A stretch of DNA of 43,932 bases from Gammaproteobacteria bacterium (GTDB lineage Bacteria; Pseudomonadota; Gammaproteobacteria; BMS3Bbin11): contig JAUWVE010000001.1 in the NCBI GenBank assembly GCA_030617565.1, forward strand, positions 1-43,932, in the 5' to 3' direction. How positions within the stretch are numbered: the first letter of the stretch is position 1; each line of letters begins with the position of its first letter. The notes beneath the pieces were generated by a model. That model saw only the letters and a program-made list of their open reading frames with translations. It did no database searches and was not told the DNA's origin. Of this stretch, positions 1 to 10,434 are shown one piece after another. Made by a program: the position numbers and the translations under genes.

Positions 1-316
1 CATTGTCTTTCAGGTTAATGAAAAACTGGGCTGTCGCAGAATGGGGGTCGTTGGTGCGGGCCATTGCGATAGTGCCACGGTCATTTCCCAGGCCGTTATC
101 AGCTTCATTTTCTACAGGATCAAACGTTTGTTTCTGAATCATGCCCGGCTCAAAGCCGCCACCCTGAATCATGAAGTTTGGAATGACACGATGAAAAATC
201 GTATTGTCAAAGAAACCATCCTCAATATATTTCTTGAAGTTAGCTGCGGTTATCGGGGCTTTGTCGGCATCCAGTTCTATAGTAATGCTGCCGTGGTTTG
301 TTTCTATTTTGATCAT
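1..316 (-). CDS. ppiB: Cyclophilin-type peptidyl-prolyl cis-trans isomerase (PpiB-like), 3' end cut by the window edge
   Basis: Reverse-strand translation from the ATG at 316-314 reads [58 protein letters not shown]...[21 protein letters not shown], which contains the cyclophilin FHRVIxxFMIQGG core. The 41..322 + ORF in the track is its antisense shadow. Confidence 0.85.
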   Translation of the reverse strand, partial: MIKIETNHGSITIELDADKAPITAANFKKYIEDGFFDNTIFHRVIPNFMIQGGGFEPGMIQKQTFDPVENEADNGLGNDRGTIAMARTNDPHSATAQFFINLKDN

Positions 317-477
317 GATTAATTTTAGCCTATAAAAAACGAAAAATTATAACATGAGAGTTTGGCTGCTATTAAGTGATGTAAGGTTTTTACCTGTCCC
401 TGCTGTGTCTATGGTTATCCTTTTCCGGTAAAATTTGCATAATTACAACCTTGTCCCAGATTGCCTGATTCCTGCGT

Positions 478-1872
478 ATGCTTAAAATTTATAATAGTCT
501 CACTCGCAAAAAAGAAATATTCACCCCAATAGTCCCCGGCAAGGCCGGTATCTATGTCTGTGGCATGACAGTGTACGACCTGTGTCATATCGGTCATGCC
601 AGGGTAATGGTCGTTTTTGACCTGGTGACCCGTTACCTTCGCAACAGGGGCTATGAAGTGACCTATGTGCGAAATATTACCGATATTGATGACAAGATCA
701 TTGCCCGGGCAATTGAGAATAAGGAAAGTATCAAGACACTGACTGGGCGCTTTATAGACGCCATGCACGAGGACACAGACAGACTGGGTGTTTTGCGTCC
801 CGATTCTGAGCCCAGAGCAACACGGCACATGGGTGAAATCATTAGCTTAATAACTAAGTTGATGGCGAATGGTTATGCCTATCAAACAAAAAGCGGTGAC
901 ATCTGCTTTCGTGTTCGCAAGTTTGAAGAGTATGGGAAGCTATCAGGTGAGTCACTGGATGATTTACAGGCCGGTGCTCGTGTAGAGGCTGAAACTAGTA
1001 AAGATGACCCTCTGGATTTTGTCCTTTGGAAGCAGGCAAAGGAGGGTGAACCCAGCTGGCCATCAGAGTGGGGCGATGGCCGTCCCGGCTGGCATATCGA
1101 GTGCTCGGCGATGTCTATGAGTAGCCTGGGTGAAAATTTCGATATCCATGGAGGCGGGCAGGATCTCCGTTTCCCTCATCATGAGAATGAAATCGCCCAG
1201 TCCGAATGCGCTACCGGTCATCCCTTTGTCAATCTCTGGATGCACAATGGTTTCGTGCGTATAGACGATGAGAAAATGTCAAAGTCGTTGGATAATTTCT
1301 TTACTATCCGTGATGTCCTGGACAGCTACCATCCCGAGATTCTTCGCTACTTTATTATCAATAGTCACTATCGCAGCCCGCTGAACTATAGTGACGAGAC
1401 ACTGGATCAGTCAAAGGCTGCCCTGGAAGGTTATTACCTGGCGCTGGATGGTCTGGATATTGACGATGTGGTACTGGATGACGAAATCTCTGCACCTTTT
1501 CTTGCTGCCATGGATGATGACTTTAATACACCAGAGGCCCTGTCCGTGCTGTCGGCATTAAGGCGGGATATCAATACAGCACGTCAATCTGGTGACCAGG
1601 CAAAGGCCCTGTTCCTGGCAGGGCAGCTGAAGGCACTGGGCGCTATCCTCGGACTGTTCCAGCTTCAACCGATTGAGTTCCTGCGTGGTATCTCAGGTGA
1701 CGGCCAGTCAGGGGGGCTTTCTAACATGGAGGTCGATGCCCTGGTTGAAGAGAGAACCCGGGCCCGCGCGGAGAAAAACTGGGCAAGAGGGGATGAGATC
1801 AGGGATATTCTCAATGCAGAAGGCATTGTGCTTGATGACAGCGCTGGTGGCACGCGCTGGCGCAGGGAGTAG
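478..1872 (+). CDS. cysS: Cysteine--tRNA ligase
   Basis: 464 aa. Class I HIGH motif (CHIGHARV) and KMSKS motif are present, and it is colinear with CysS along its length (WHIECSAM, FPHHENEIAQSE). Confidence 0.97.
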   Translation: MLKIYNSLTRKKEIFTPIVPGKAGIYVCGMTVYDLCHIGHARVMVVFDLVTRYLRNRGYEVTYVRNITDIDDKIIARAIENKESIKTLTGRFIDAMHEDTDRLGVLRPDSEPRATRHMGEIISLITKLMANGYAYQTKSGDICFRVRKFEEYGKLSGESLDDLQAGARVEAETSKDDPLDFVLWKQAKEGEPSWPSEWGDGRPGWHIECSAMSMSSLGENFDIHGGGQDLRFPHHENEIAQSECATGHPFVNLWMHNGFVRIDDEKMSKSLDNFFTIRDVLDSYHPEILRYFIINSHYRSPLNYSDETLDQSKAALEGYYLALDGLDIDDVVLDDEISAPFLAAMDDDFNTPEALSVLSALRRDINTARQSGDQAKALFLAGQLKALGAILGLFQLQPIEFLRGISGDGQSGGLSNMEVDALVEERTRARAEKNWARGDEIRDILNAEGIVLDDSAGGTRWRRE

Positions 1873-1979
1873 CCAGCCCGATTTAGTGATAAATACATGT
1901 ATAATGCTCCAAACCTGAAGAAGCATATTCTCGGCTGTAGCAACTATATTCTAATTCTAGCGATTTACCGGTACTAAAA

Positions 1980-3335
1980 ATGAAAAAAAATATCCGTTTG
2001 TCAGGCTTATTCAAGAAGTCTCTTCTTTCATCCTTGTTGATTGCAAGCATTGCAGTGCCTGTTCAACTATCTGCGCAGGTGGTTGCACTGGATAGAGGAA
2101 AGGATATTGGTGAAAAACGGACCGGCTGGTTGCCTTATCTCTTTGCTTCTGAATCACTGGGCACGGCGATTGGCGCCGGCGCTTTTACCGCTGGTGGTAA
2201 GCTGCAGCCGCAGTCCAGCCTGTTTGGTACAGCTTTTGTTACGTCGAATGAATCAGCACTAGTTTCCGGCGCATGGAGCAACCACCGATTTGGCAAATCC
2301 CGTTTTTTCTTTGATGGCTGGGCACTGGCAGACCATTTTACTGATCAGCGTTTCTATCTCGGGCAGAATGTCGATCCGGGAAAACCCCGATCAGGAAGTA
2401 ATGATTCTGACCCTGAGAACTACGTTACCGGGATAAGTAATGAGGTAACACTCAATGCTACCCTGAAGTATCGTTTGCCGATTGGCAGTCTTAAAGATGA
2501 CCCGATTTCGGTCTATCACCTGTACCAGGGCTTACTGGAATCCGGACCTAAGGGTGGCGATACCTGGAACCCGATGACCAGCGGTCAGACTACATTGGCT
2601 GCTAAATTCTTTTATACCTACCGTGATCTTGATGAGTTCGTTTTTAATGAACTGGAGAATGCGCCTGTCGAAGAAGAGGTATTTGCCAAAACAAATGGTC
2701 TTGAGTTCTGGCTTGAATATGATAATACCGATTTTCCGCGCAACCCGACCCGAGGCAGTCGCCAGCTGCTAAAAGTGACTAGTGATTTTGGCTGGGGACA
2801 AAGCAGTGAAAGCTGGACTAACCTGGAAGCTGACTTCACCAAGCATTTCTACCTGGGTAAATCCAAATGGTTCCGTCAGAAATCGCTGGCATTAAATTTC
2901 TGGACTTCTAATACACCAAGCTGGGAAGTCGCAGCTGATGGCGAAATTAGTCATCAACCACCACCTAATTATGGTTCCAGTCTGGGTGGTTATGACCGTA
3001 TGCGCGCCTATCCGACAGGACGTTTCCATGACAAGTCTGCAGTCTATTATTCTGCTGAACTGCGTTTTATTCCACAAACACAGCCTCTGAGAGATTTGCC
3101 AATACTTAACTATTTTGAAATTGACTGGTGGCAGCTGGTTCCATTTGTTGAGGCAGGGCGAGTCAGTGATGAATATAATGGCGACCTTTTCTTCAAAGAT
3201 TTGAAAGTCGATGCAGGTATCGGTTTGCGACTAATGGCCTTCCGTACAGTGGTCAGACTCGACTGGGCAGTGTCCGAGGAAGGCAACTCTGTCTGGGCCA
3301 TGATTTCGCAGCCATTCTCACGCCAGGGCAACTGA
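1980..3335 (+). CDS. Outer membrane beta-barrel protein, Omp85/surface-antigen (D15) family-like
   Basis: N-terminal signal peptide (MKKNIRLSGLFKKSLLSSLLIASIAVPVQLSA). The C-terminal part has the GGYDRMRAYPTGRF...YYSAELRF pattern typical of the bacterial surface antigen barrel domain. Confidence 0.65.
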   Translation: MKKNIRLSGLFKKSLLSSLLIASIAVPVQLSAQVVALDRGKDIGEKRTGWLPYLFASESLGTAIGAGAFTAGGKLQPQSSLFGTAFVTSNESALVSGAWSNHRFGKSRFFFDGWALADHFTDQRFYLGQNVDPGKPRSGSNDSDPENYVTGISNEVTLNATLKYRLPIGSLKDDPISVYHLYQGLLESGPKGGDTWNPMTSGQTTLAAKFFYTYRDLDEFVFNELENAPVEEEVFAKTNGLEFWLEYDNTDFPRNPTRGSRQLLKVTSDFGWGQSSESWTNLEADFTKHFYLGKSKWFRQKSLALNFWTSNTPSWEVAADGEISHQPPPNYGSSLGGYDRMRAYPTGRFHDKSAVYYSAELRFIPQTQPLRDLPILNYFEIDWWQLVPFVEAGRVSDEYNGDLFFKDLKVDAGIGLRLMAFRTVVRLDWAVSEEGNSVWAMISQPFSRQGN

Positions 3336-3570
3336 TTCTAGCTAGCGAAACCCTTTCCTGTAGTAGTTATAGGGTCTTTTTTGCCTGATTCTGTTGTTAC
3401 AGCAGAAAATAGTGCAAAAAAGGCCTGTTTATCTATTGACCGCGCACACTCTTATTAGTAAGTTCTAATATTTCGTATAGTCAAACAAAATCAGTATTTT
3501 GTCCGTATGCAATGATGATGCGGAAGCTGATAGCTGATCAGCGGAATATTCATTATTTGAGGGGAAGTAA

Positions 3571-5304
3571 GTGGAATTAACCGGTGCAGATATCCTGGTA
3601 AAGGCGCTGGCGGATGAGGGTGTAGAATATCTTTTCGGCTATCCGGGCGGCGCAGCCTTACACATCTATGATGCACTTTATCGACAGGATAAGGTGAAGC
3701 ACATACTTGCGCGTCATGAACAGGGTGCAGGCCATGCCGCAGACGGTTTTGCCCGTTCCAGCGGCAAGCCGGGTGTGGTTCTGGTGACATCAGGTCCGGG
3801 TGTGACAAATGTCGTTACGCCAGTTGCTACGGCGCATATGGACTCTATTCCAATGGTTATTATTACTGCCCAGGTTCCTTCCCACCTGATCGGTGATGAT
3901 GCGTTCCAGGAGGTTGATGCCATTGGTATAACACGCCCCTGCGTGAAGCATAATTTCCTGGTCAAAGATGTTCGTGATCTTGCTGCGACGATCAAAAAGG
4001 CCTTCTATGTTGCGACATCAGGCAGGCAGGGGCCAGTTGTCGTCGATATACCGAAGGATATTACTGCCGAAAAGACAGAATACGTTTATCCAAAAAGTAT
4101 CAGTATGCGTTCCTATCAACCAGTGACTGAGGGTCATTCGGGCCAGATACGGAAGGCAGTTCAATTACTGCTTGACGCAAAACGACCTGTCATTTATTCC
4201 GGTGGTGGAATAATCTCGGCAAATTGCAGTGATAAGCTCACTGAGCTGGTTCGTTTACTCGGCTACCCGTGCACGAATACTTTAATGGGGCTGGGTGCGT
4301 TTCCGGCCGATGATCCGTTGTTTGTCGGCATGTTGGGTATGCACGGAACCTATGAGGCAAATCTGACCATGCATGAATGTGATGTCATGCTCTGCCTCGG
4401 TGCACGTTTTGATGATCGGGTAACCGGCGATACAAATAAGTTCAGCCCTTATGCAAAGATCATACATGTCGATATAGACCCTTCATCTATAAGCAAGACA
4501 ATTTCAGCAGACATTCCTGTAGTCGGTTCAGTGGATGTCATCCTTGACGAAATGATCCGTCAGATCAAGGAATCAGGCCGTAAGCCGGATGCTGAGGAGC
4601 TACAGAAGTGGTGGCAGCAGATTGATGGCTGGCGCAAGGTTGACTGCCTGGCTTATGACCATGACAGCGAAATTATTAAGCCGCAATTCGTCATTCAAAA
4701 ATTGTACGAAACAACTCAGGGTGATGCTTTTGTCACCTCCGATGTCGGGCAGCACCAGATGTTTGCCGCACAATACTACAAATTTAACGAGCCACGCCGT
4801 TGGATAAATTCCGGGGGGCTGGGTACCATGGGTTTCGGGCTGCCTGCTGCGATGGGAGTACAATTTGCCCACCCTGACGCGACTGTAGCCTGTGTGACAG
4901 GTGATGGAAGTATTCAAATGTGCCTGCAGGAGCTTTCAACCTGTAAGCAATACGATTTACCGTTGAATATTATCAACTTGAATAACAGATACCTTGGAAT
5001 GGTTCGTCAATGGCAGGAATTTTTCTATGATCGCCGTTACTCCAATTCCTATATGGATGCCCTGCCTGATCTGGTTAAGCTGGCTGAGGGTTATGGCCAT
5101 GTCGGGATAAAGATTGAGAAGCCTGCAGATGTAGAAGGCGCTCTGAAAGAGGCCCTGTCTGACAAATCAAGATTGTATTTCCTTGATTTTATTACTGACC
5201 AGACTGAGAACGTCTACCCAATGATTGCGGCGGGAAAAGGGCATCATGAAATGCATCTTTCGCCCAGGAATGGTGATGATGATGACGAAAGGGAGCTGGC
5301 CTAG
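3571..5304 (+). CDS. ilvI: Acetolactate synthase (acetohydroxy-acid synthase) large subunit
   Basis: 577 aa, GTG start. Thiamine-diphosphate enzyme motifs are present (GYPGGAALHIYDAL, GLGTMGFGLPAAMG, GDGSIQM..NLNNRYLGMVRQWQ). It is followed by the small subunit and ilvC. Confidence 0.95.
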   Translation: MELTGADILVKALADEGVEYLFGYPGGAALHIYDALYRQDKVKHILARHEQGAGHAADGFARSSGKPGVVLVTSGPGVTNVVTPVATAHMDSIPMVIITAQVPSHLIGDDAFQEVDAIGITRPCVKHNFLVKDVRDLAATIKKAFYVATSGRQGPVVVDIPKDITAEKTEYVYPKSISMRSYQPVTEGHSGQIRKAVQLLLDAKRPVIYSGGGIISANCSDKLTELVRLLGYPCTNTLMGLGAFPADDPLFVGMLGMHGTYEANLTMHECDVMLCLGARFDDRVTGDTNKFSPYAKIIHVDIDPSSISKTISADIPVVGSVDVILDEMIRQIKESGRKPDAEELQKWWQQIDGWRKVDCLAYDHDSEIIKPQFVIQKLYETTQGDAFVTSDVGQHQMFAAQYYKFNEPRRWINSGGLGTMGFGLPAAMGVQFAHPDATVACVTGDGSIQMCLQELSTCKQYDLPLNIINLNNRYLGMVRQWQEFFYDRRYSNSYMDALPDLVKLAEGYGHVGIKIEKPADVEGALKEALSDKSRLYFLDFITDQTENVYPMIAAGKGHHEMHLSPRNGDDDDERELA

Positions 5305-5464
5305 AATGGAACCTATGATCAAGTATAATTATTTCAGACTTGTTAAAATCGTCCATATTCTTCCCGAAGATCGCCGCAATAGAATGACTATTACGACTCA
5401 CTTCGTGAAAAATACGAACACAATTCCTGCGTCTGAATTTATTTAATCTAATCAAAGGTTCCAT

Positions 5465-5956
5465 ATGCGACACATAATATCCATATTGATGGAAAACGAA
5501 TCAGGGGCACTGTCCCGGGTAGCAGGTCTGTTTTCAGCTCGTGGTTATAACATCGAATCGTTGACTGTTGCACCGACAGAAGATGCAAGTTTGTCCCGCC
5601 TTACTCTGGTGACCAGTGGCTCGGACAGGGTGGTTGAGCAAATTACCAAGCAGCTGAATAAGCTGATCGATGTGGTGAAGTTGATTGATCTGGTCGAGAA
5701 CGAACATATCGAACGTGAGATCAGTTTGATAAAAGTTCGTGCGACGGGTGCTGGCCGGGATGAAATCTCACGTCTGGTTGAGATTTTTCGTGGCCGAATC
5801 GTGGATGTTACTGATACCAGTTTTACCATCGAAATGACTGGCAGCTGTGGTAAAATCGACGCCTTTTTGAAGGCTGTGCCAAATGACAGCATAATTGAAG
5901 TTGTCAGATCCGGCGTGCTGGGGATTGCCCGCGGTGAGAAAGGCTTACGTCTTTAA
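5465..5956 (+). CDS. ilvH: Acetolactate synthase small (regulatory) subunit
   Basis: 163 aa. ACT-domain N-terminus MRHIISILMENESGALSRVAGLFSARGYNIESLTV is characteristic of IlvH/IlvN. Confidence 0.95.
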   Translation: MRHIISILMENESGALSRVAGLFSARGYNIESLTVAPTEDASLSRLTLVTSGSDRVVEQITKQLNKLIDVVKLIDLVENEHIEREISLIKVRATGAGRDEISRLVEIFRGRIVDVTDTSFTIEMTGSCGKIDAFLKAVPNDSIIEVVRSGVLGIARGEKGLRL

Positions 5957-6027
5957 GCACCCACTACGACAAAATTTTACTATTTTTCATTTTTTATTTA
6001 TTTACGCCGGTCTTCCGGCCAGCTTAG

Positions 6028-7059
<1,032 letters not shown>

Positions 7060-7088
7060 TCGGCTGCACGAACATCAGACATACGACT

Positions 7089-7742
7089 GTGAAGAAATCA
7101 TACCCGTTTTTTGCACGAGAAGGCTGGCCGTTTATTGCGGGCAGTCTGGCAATATCTATTGCAATCACCTTCGTCTGGGGATGGTTCTGGGCCTCCCCCT
7201 GGTGGCTGATAGCAATCTTTTGTATTCAGTTCTTTCGTGATCCGACTCGAAAGCTTGACGCCGGGCCTTATGATGTTGTTTGCCCGGCCGATGGGAAAGT
7301 TATATTTGTCGGCAAAATGAAAGACCCTTACCTTGACCGTGAAGTAACGAAAATTAGCGTGTTCATGAATGTATTTAACGTGCATTCGAACAAATCCCCG
7401 GTTAAAGGAGTAATTAAAAAGCGCTGGTATCGTCCCGGTTCCTTTGTCAATGCTGCCTTTGATAAGGCGGCAGAGGAAAACGAACAGAACGCCTTATGGA
7501 TAAAGACCGAAAATGATCTGGATATCACCTGTGTCCAGATTGCCGGCCTGGTTGCCAGGCGTATTCTCTGTTACGTGGATGAGGGGGATACACTGGAGCC
7601 CGGACAGCGTTATGGCTTTATTCGTTTCGGATCGAGAGTCGATCTCTATTTACCTGAAGGAACGGAAATGAAGGCAAGCATTGGTGATACAGTTAAATCC
7701 GGTCAGGATATTCTTGCCGTGTTACCGGAAAATCCAGCCTGA
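7089..7742 (+). CDS. psd: Phosphatidylserine decarboxylase family protein (short, membrane-anchored type)
   Basis: 217 aa, GTG start. Two N-terminal TM helices, FFRDPTR, PADGKV, and the self-cleavage site GFIRFGSRVDLYLP (G-S). Confidence 0.82.
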   Translation: MKKSYPFFAREGWPFIAGSLAISIAITFVWGWFWASPWWLIAIFCIQFFRDPTRKLDAGPYDVVCPADGKVIFVGKMKDPYLDREVTKISVFMNVFNVHSNKSPVKGVIKKRWYRPGSFVNAAFDKAAEENEQNALWIKTENDLDITCVQIAGLVARRILCYVDEGDTLEPGQRYGFIRFGSRVDLYLPEGTEMKASIGDTVKSGQDILAVLPENPA

Positions 7743-7797
7743 AATCAGGCAGTTCATATACCCCCTATGCATGGCATGATCTACGAAGGCACTCCCT

Positions 7798-8973
7798 ATG
7801 AAATCACTCATCCTCAAAAGCAAGGCAGGCAGGCGGTTTAAGCAGGGGCACCCATGGGTATTCAGCAACGAATTAGAAAAACCGGCTGAACGTCCGCAAG
7901 CAGGGGACATCGTCAGCCTGCGTCAGCAGGATGGAACATTCCTGGCTTATGGTTTTTATCACCCCAACTCGCTGATTGCATTTCGTGCATTGACAGGAAA
8001 AGAAGAACTGCCTGGCGAAGCCTTTTTTTCACAACTGATCGATCAGGCAATCTCACTAAGAAATAAGGTTTACCCGCAATCGAATGCCCGGCGTCTTATC
8101 CATTCTGAAAGCGACGGTCTGCCGGGACTGATTGTTGATCAGTTCGATGATGTATTGAGTGTGCAGGTAAACTCTGCCGGCATGGAACGTATCATTGATA
8201 TGATATTGTCTTTGCTCAAACAGAAGATGTCAGTAAAAAATATTGTCATGCGGAATGATTCCGCTCTTAGAAATCTGGAAGGTCTCAAACAGTACACCAG
8301 TATCTGGCAGTCGGATGAAAAAGAGGCAGCAGCTGATATTACGGAAAATGATATCCAATACCATGTTGATGTTTTCAATGGTCAAAAAACAGGCTTCTTT
8401 ATAGATCAGCGTGAGAATCGCCTTGCCTTCAGGCGTTTTATTGGGGAAGGTGATCGCGTTCTTGATGCCTTCTGTAATGATGGTGGGTTTGCTCTGAATG
8501 CCCTGTTTGCCGGTGCAGCACATGTCGATGCAGTTGATATCTCTGAATCAGCCCTGGCTAGAGCTGAGAAAAATGCCAGCCTTAATAATCTCAGTGAAAA
8601 GGTACAGTTCAGTAAAGTCGATGTAATGAAATGGCTGCCGGGCCTGAAACCGGAAACCTTGTATGACGTGGTTAATCTTGATCCACCGGCCTTTGCATCA
8701 AACCGTAAATCCATACCGGTAGCCCGCAAGGCTTACAGGAAATTGCATGGTTCAGCTATGCAGGTATTAAAGGCAGGCGGCATTCTTTCAACGGCTTGCT
8801 GTTCTCACCATATTTCTGAAGAAGATTTTCTTGATTCGATTCAACAGGCGGCCATTCGTAATGGGCGCCAGTGTCAGATGCTATTTCGCGGCGGCCCGCC
8901 GGCAGATCACCCAGTGCTACTGGCCATGCCAGAATCAGGCTATCTTAAATTTCATATTTTTCGAGTATTGTAG
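7798..8973 (+). CDS. rlmI: 23S rRNA (cytosine-C5) methyltransferase RlmI-like (PUA + class I SAM MTase)
   Basis: 391 aa, colinear with E. coli RlmI as I recall it: GRRFKQGHPWVFSNE, HSESDGLPGLIVDQF, GQKTGFFIDQRENR, NLDPPAF, ADHPV...SGYLKF. Confidence 0.85.
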   Translation: MKSLILKSKAGRRFKQGHPWVFSNELEKPAERPQAGDIVSLRQQDGTFLAYGFYHPNSLIAFRALTGKEELPGEAFFSQLIDQAISLRNKVYPQSNARRLIHSESDGLPGLIVDQFDDVLSVQVNSAGMERIIDMILSLLKQKMSVKNIVMRNDSALRNLEGLKQYTSIWQSDEKEAAADITENDIQYHVDVFNGQKTGFFIDQRENRLAFRRFIGEGDRVLDAFCNDGGFALNALFAGAAHVDAVDISESALARAEKNASLNNLSEKVQFSKVDVMKWLPGLKPETLYDVVNLDPPAFASNRKSIPVARKAYRKLHGSAMQVLKAGGILSTACCSHHISEEDFLDSIQQAAIRNGRQCQMLFRGGPPADHPVLLAMPESGYLKFHIFRVL

Positions 8974-8998
8974 TCGGAGAGTTCTCAGGAAGGTAATT

Positions 8999-9376
8999 AT
9001 GACAAACCCGGTTCTAACACTTCATGTTGTTGCAGCATTTTTAAGTATCTCCGGATTTATTTTTCGGGGTATTCTTCATCTGAGTAGTTCGGACCTGGTT
9101 AACAAAAAATGGCTGAAGATTTCTCCCCACGTTAATGACACGATACTGATTGTCAGCGCTATTGTTCTGCTCCAGCGAGCAGACCTGAATATCCTCGACA
9201 CACCCTGGCTGCAGGCCAAAATTGTTGCCCTGATTTTATACATCGCACTCGGCCTGATTGCATTTCGTTTTGCTAAAACAAGAATGGTTAGCCTTTTTGC
9301 ATGGATCGCGGCGATCTTTGTTTTTGCTTATATCGTGGGGGTCGCTATAACGAAGAGCCCGTTGGTTTTATTTTAA
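8999..9376 (+). CDS. SirB2-family small integral membrane protein
   Basis: The ATG at 8999 lies downstream of a GGAAGG RBS. 125 aa with four hydrophobic helices, and KISPHVNDT...WLQAKIVALILYIALG resembles the SirB2 family. The 8831 start in the ORF track overlaps rlmI and is unlikely. Confidence 0.65.
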   Translation: MTNPVLTLHVVAAFLSISGFIFRGILHLSSSDLVNKKWLKISPHVNDTILIVSAIVLLQRADLNILDTPWLQAKIVALILYIALGLIAFRFAKTRMVSLFAWIAAIFVFAYIVGVAITKSPLVLF

Positions 9377-9381
9377 AAACA

Positions 9382-9472
9382 GACGAATGACAAAGGACTA
9401 AAGATGAAGAAATGCCCCATTAATCTTTTGTCTTTAATCCTTAGTCCTTAGTCCTTAGTCCTTAGTCTTATA
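9382..9472. repeat. Heptad-phased inverted tandem array, family A (GACNAAR / TCYTTAN)
   Basis: Exactly 13 heptads in one phase: GACGAAT GACAAAG GACTAAA GATGAAG | AAATGCC CCATTAA | TCTTTTG TCTTTAA TCCTTAG x4 TCTTATA. The right arm is the reverse complement of the same heptad family as the left arm. Confidence 0.9.
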
Positions 9473-9489
9473 TTCCGGAGTCCGCTGAA

Positions 9490-10419
9490 TTGGAACTGAT
9501 TTTTGGCCTGCACAATCTGCAACCGGCAGATACCCCCTGTGTCGCAACAATCGGGAATTTCGATGGTGTTCACCTTGGGCATCAGGCTGTCATCGGGCAG
9601 CTGGCGGAAAAGGCTGCAGCGATGAACTTGCCTACTACGCTGATAACTTTTGAACCCACACCGGCTGAATATTTTGCCGGGGAAAAAGCACCCGCAAGGT
9701 TATCTACTTTCCGTGAAAAATACGTCACTCTGAAGCGCTTTGCCATTGACCGGATTCTGGTGTTGCCTTTCAATCAACGGCTGGCATCTATGGCGGCAGA
9801 TGAATTTATCAAGCAGATATTGATTGAAGGGCTTGATGTTCGGTATCTGGTCGTTGGCGATGATTTCCGCTTTGGCAAGGACAGGGCAGGTGACTTCCAT
9901 CTGCTGCGACAGGCAGGAAAAGAAAATGATTTTACTGTGGTGTCTATGCCTAGCTTCCGTGTCGATGGTGAGCGGGTAAGTAGCTCGGGTATCAGGCAGG
10001 CTCTGGCAGATGGTAACTTTGACCGCGCCGAGCGTATGCTGGGCCGCCACTACCATATGGCGGGTAAGGTCGCCCACGGTGATAAGCGTGGTCGTCAATG
10101 GGGTTTTCCTACTGCGAACATAAACATGAAGCGCAAGGTGATTCCCCTACGCGGAATCTTTGCGGTCGAGGTATTCGGTCTTGATCGTGAGCCATTATTC
10201 GGTGTTGCCAACCTCGGTACGCGTCCGACAGTTTGCGGTATGCGCACCCTGCTGGAAGTCCATTTATTCGATTTTGATGAGCAGATTTATGGCAGACGGA
10301 TCAATGTAATCTTTCGCCACAAGATTCGAGAGGAAATACGTTTCGAATCTTTTGATGCCCTGAAGGAGCAGATTGCGCTGGATGTTATCAGTGCCAGAGA
10401 GTATTTTTCGACGATTTGA
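9490..10419 (+). CDS. ribF: Bifunctional riboflavin kinase / FMN adenylyltransferase
   Basis: 309 aa, TTG start. The N-terminus aligns residue-for-residue with RibF (IGNFDGVHLGHQAV), and the kinase part carries GDKRGRQWGFPTAN. Confidence 0.95.
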   Translation: MELIFGLHNLQPADTPCVATIGNFDGVHLGHQAVIGQLAEKAAAMNLPTTLITFEPTPAEYFAGEKAPARLSTFREKYVTLKRFAIDRILVLPFNQRLASMAADEFIKQILIEGLDVRYLVVGDDFRFGKDRAGDFHLLRQAGKENDFTVVSMPSFRVDGERVSSSGIRQALADGNFDRAERMLGRHYHMAGKVAHGDKRGRQWGFPTANINMKRKVIPLRGIFAVEVFGLDREPLFGVANLGTRPTVCGMRTLLEVHLFDFDEQIYGRRINVIFRHKIREEIRFESFDALKEQIALDVISAREYFSTI

Positions 10420-10434
10420 TTACCTGATTAAGTC

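Noticed and set aside
41-322. 93-aa + strand ORF at the window start
   Set aside because: It lies entirely antisense to a clear cyclophilin (ppiB) reading frame and has no recognisable motifs. It is a shadow ORF.
3512-3580. Possible leader peptide (MMMRKLIADQRNIHYLRGSKWN) upstream of ilvI, as in branched-chain amino acid attenuators
   Set aside because: The peptide is not enriched in Val, Leu or Ile, and I see no alternative terminator/antiterminator hairpins with a U-tract. There is no support for attenuation.
8831-8998. Long N-terminal extension of the SirB2-like ORF in the track
   Set aside because: The extension overlaps the 3' end of rlmI in another frame. The ATG at 8999 has an RBS and gives a typical-sized membrane protein.
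9438-9465. Tandem TCCTTAG repeats as a possible CRISPR or minisatellite-encoded peptide repeat
   Set aside because: The period is 7 nt with no spacers, which is far too short for CRISPR, and 7 is not a multiple of 3. It is intergenic, so it is treated as a structured repeat.
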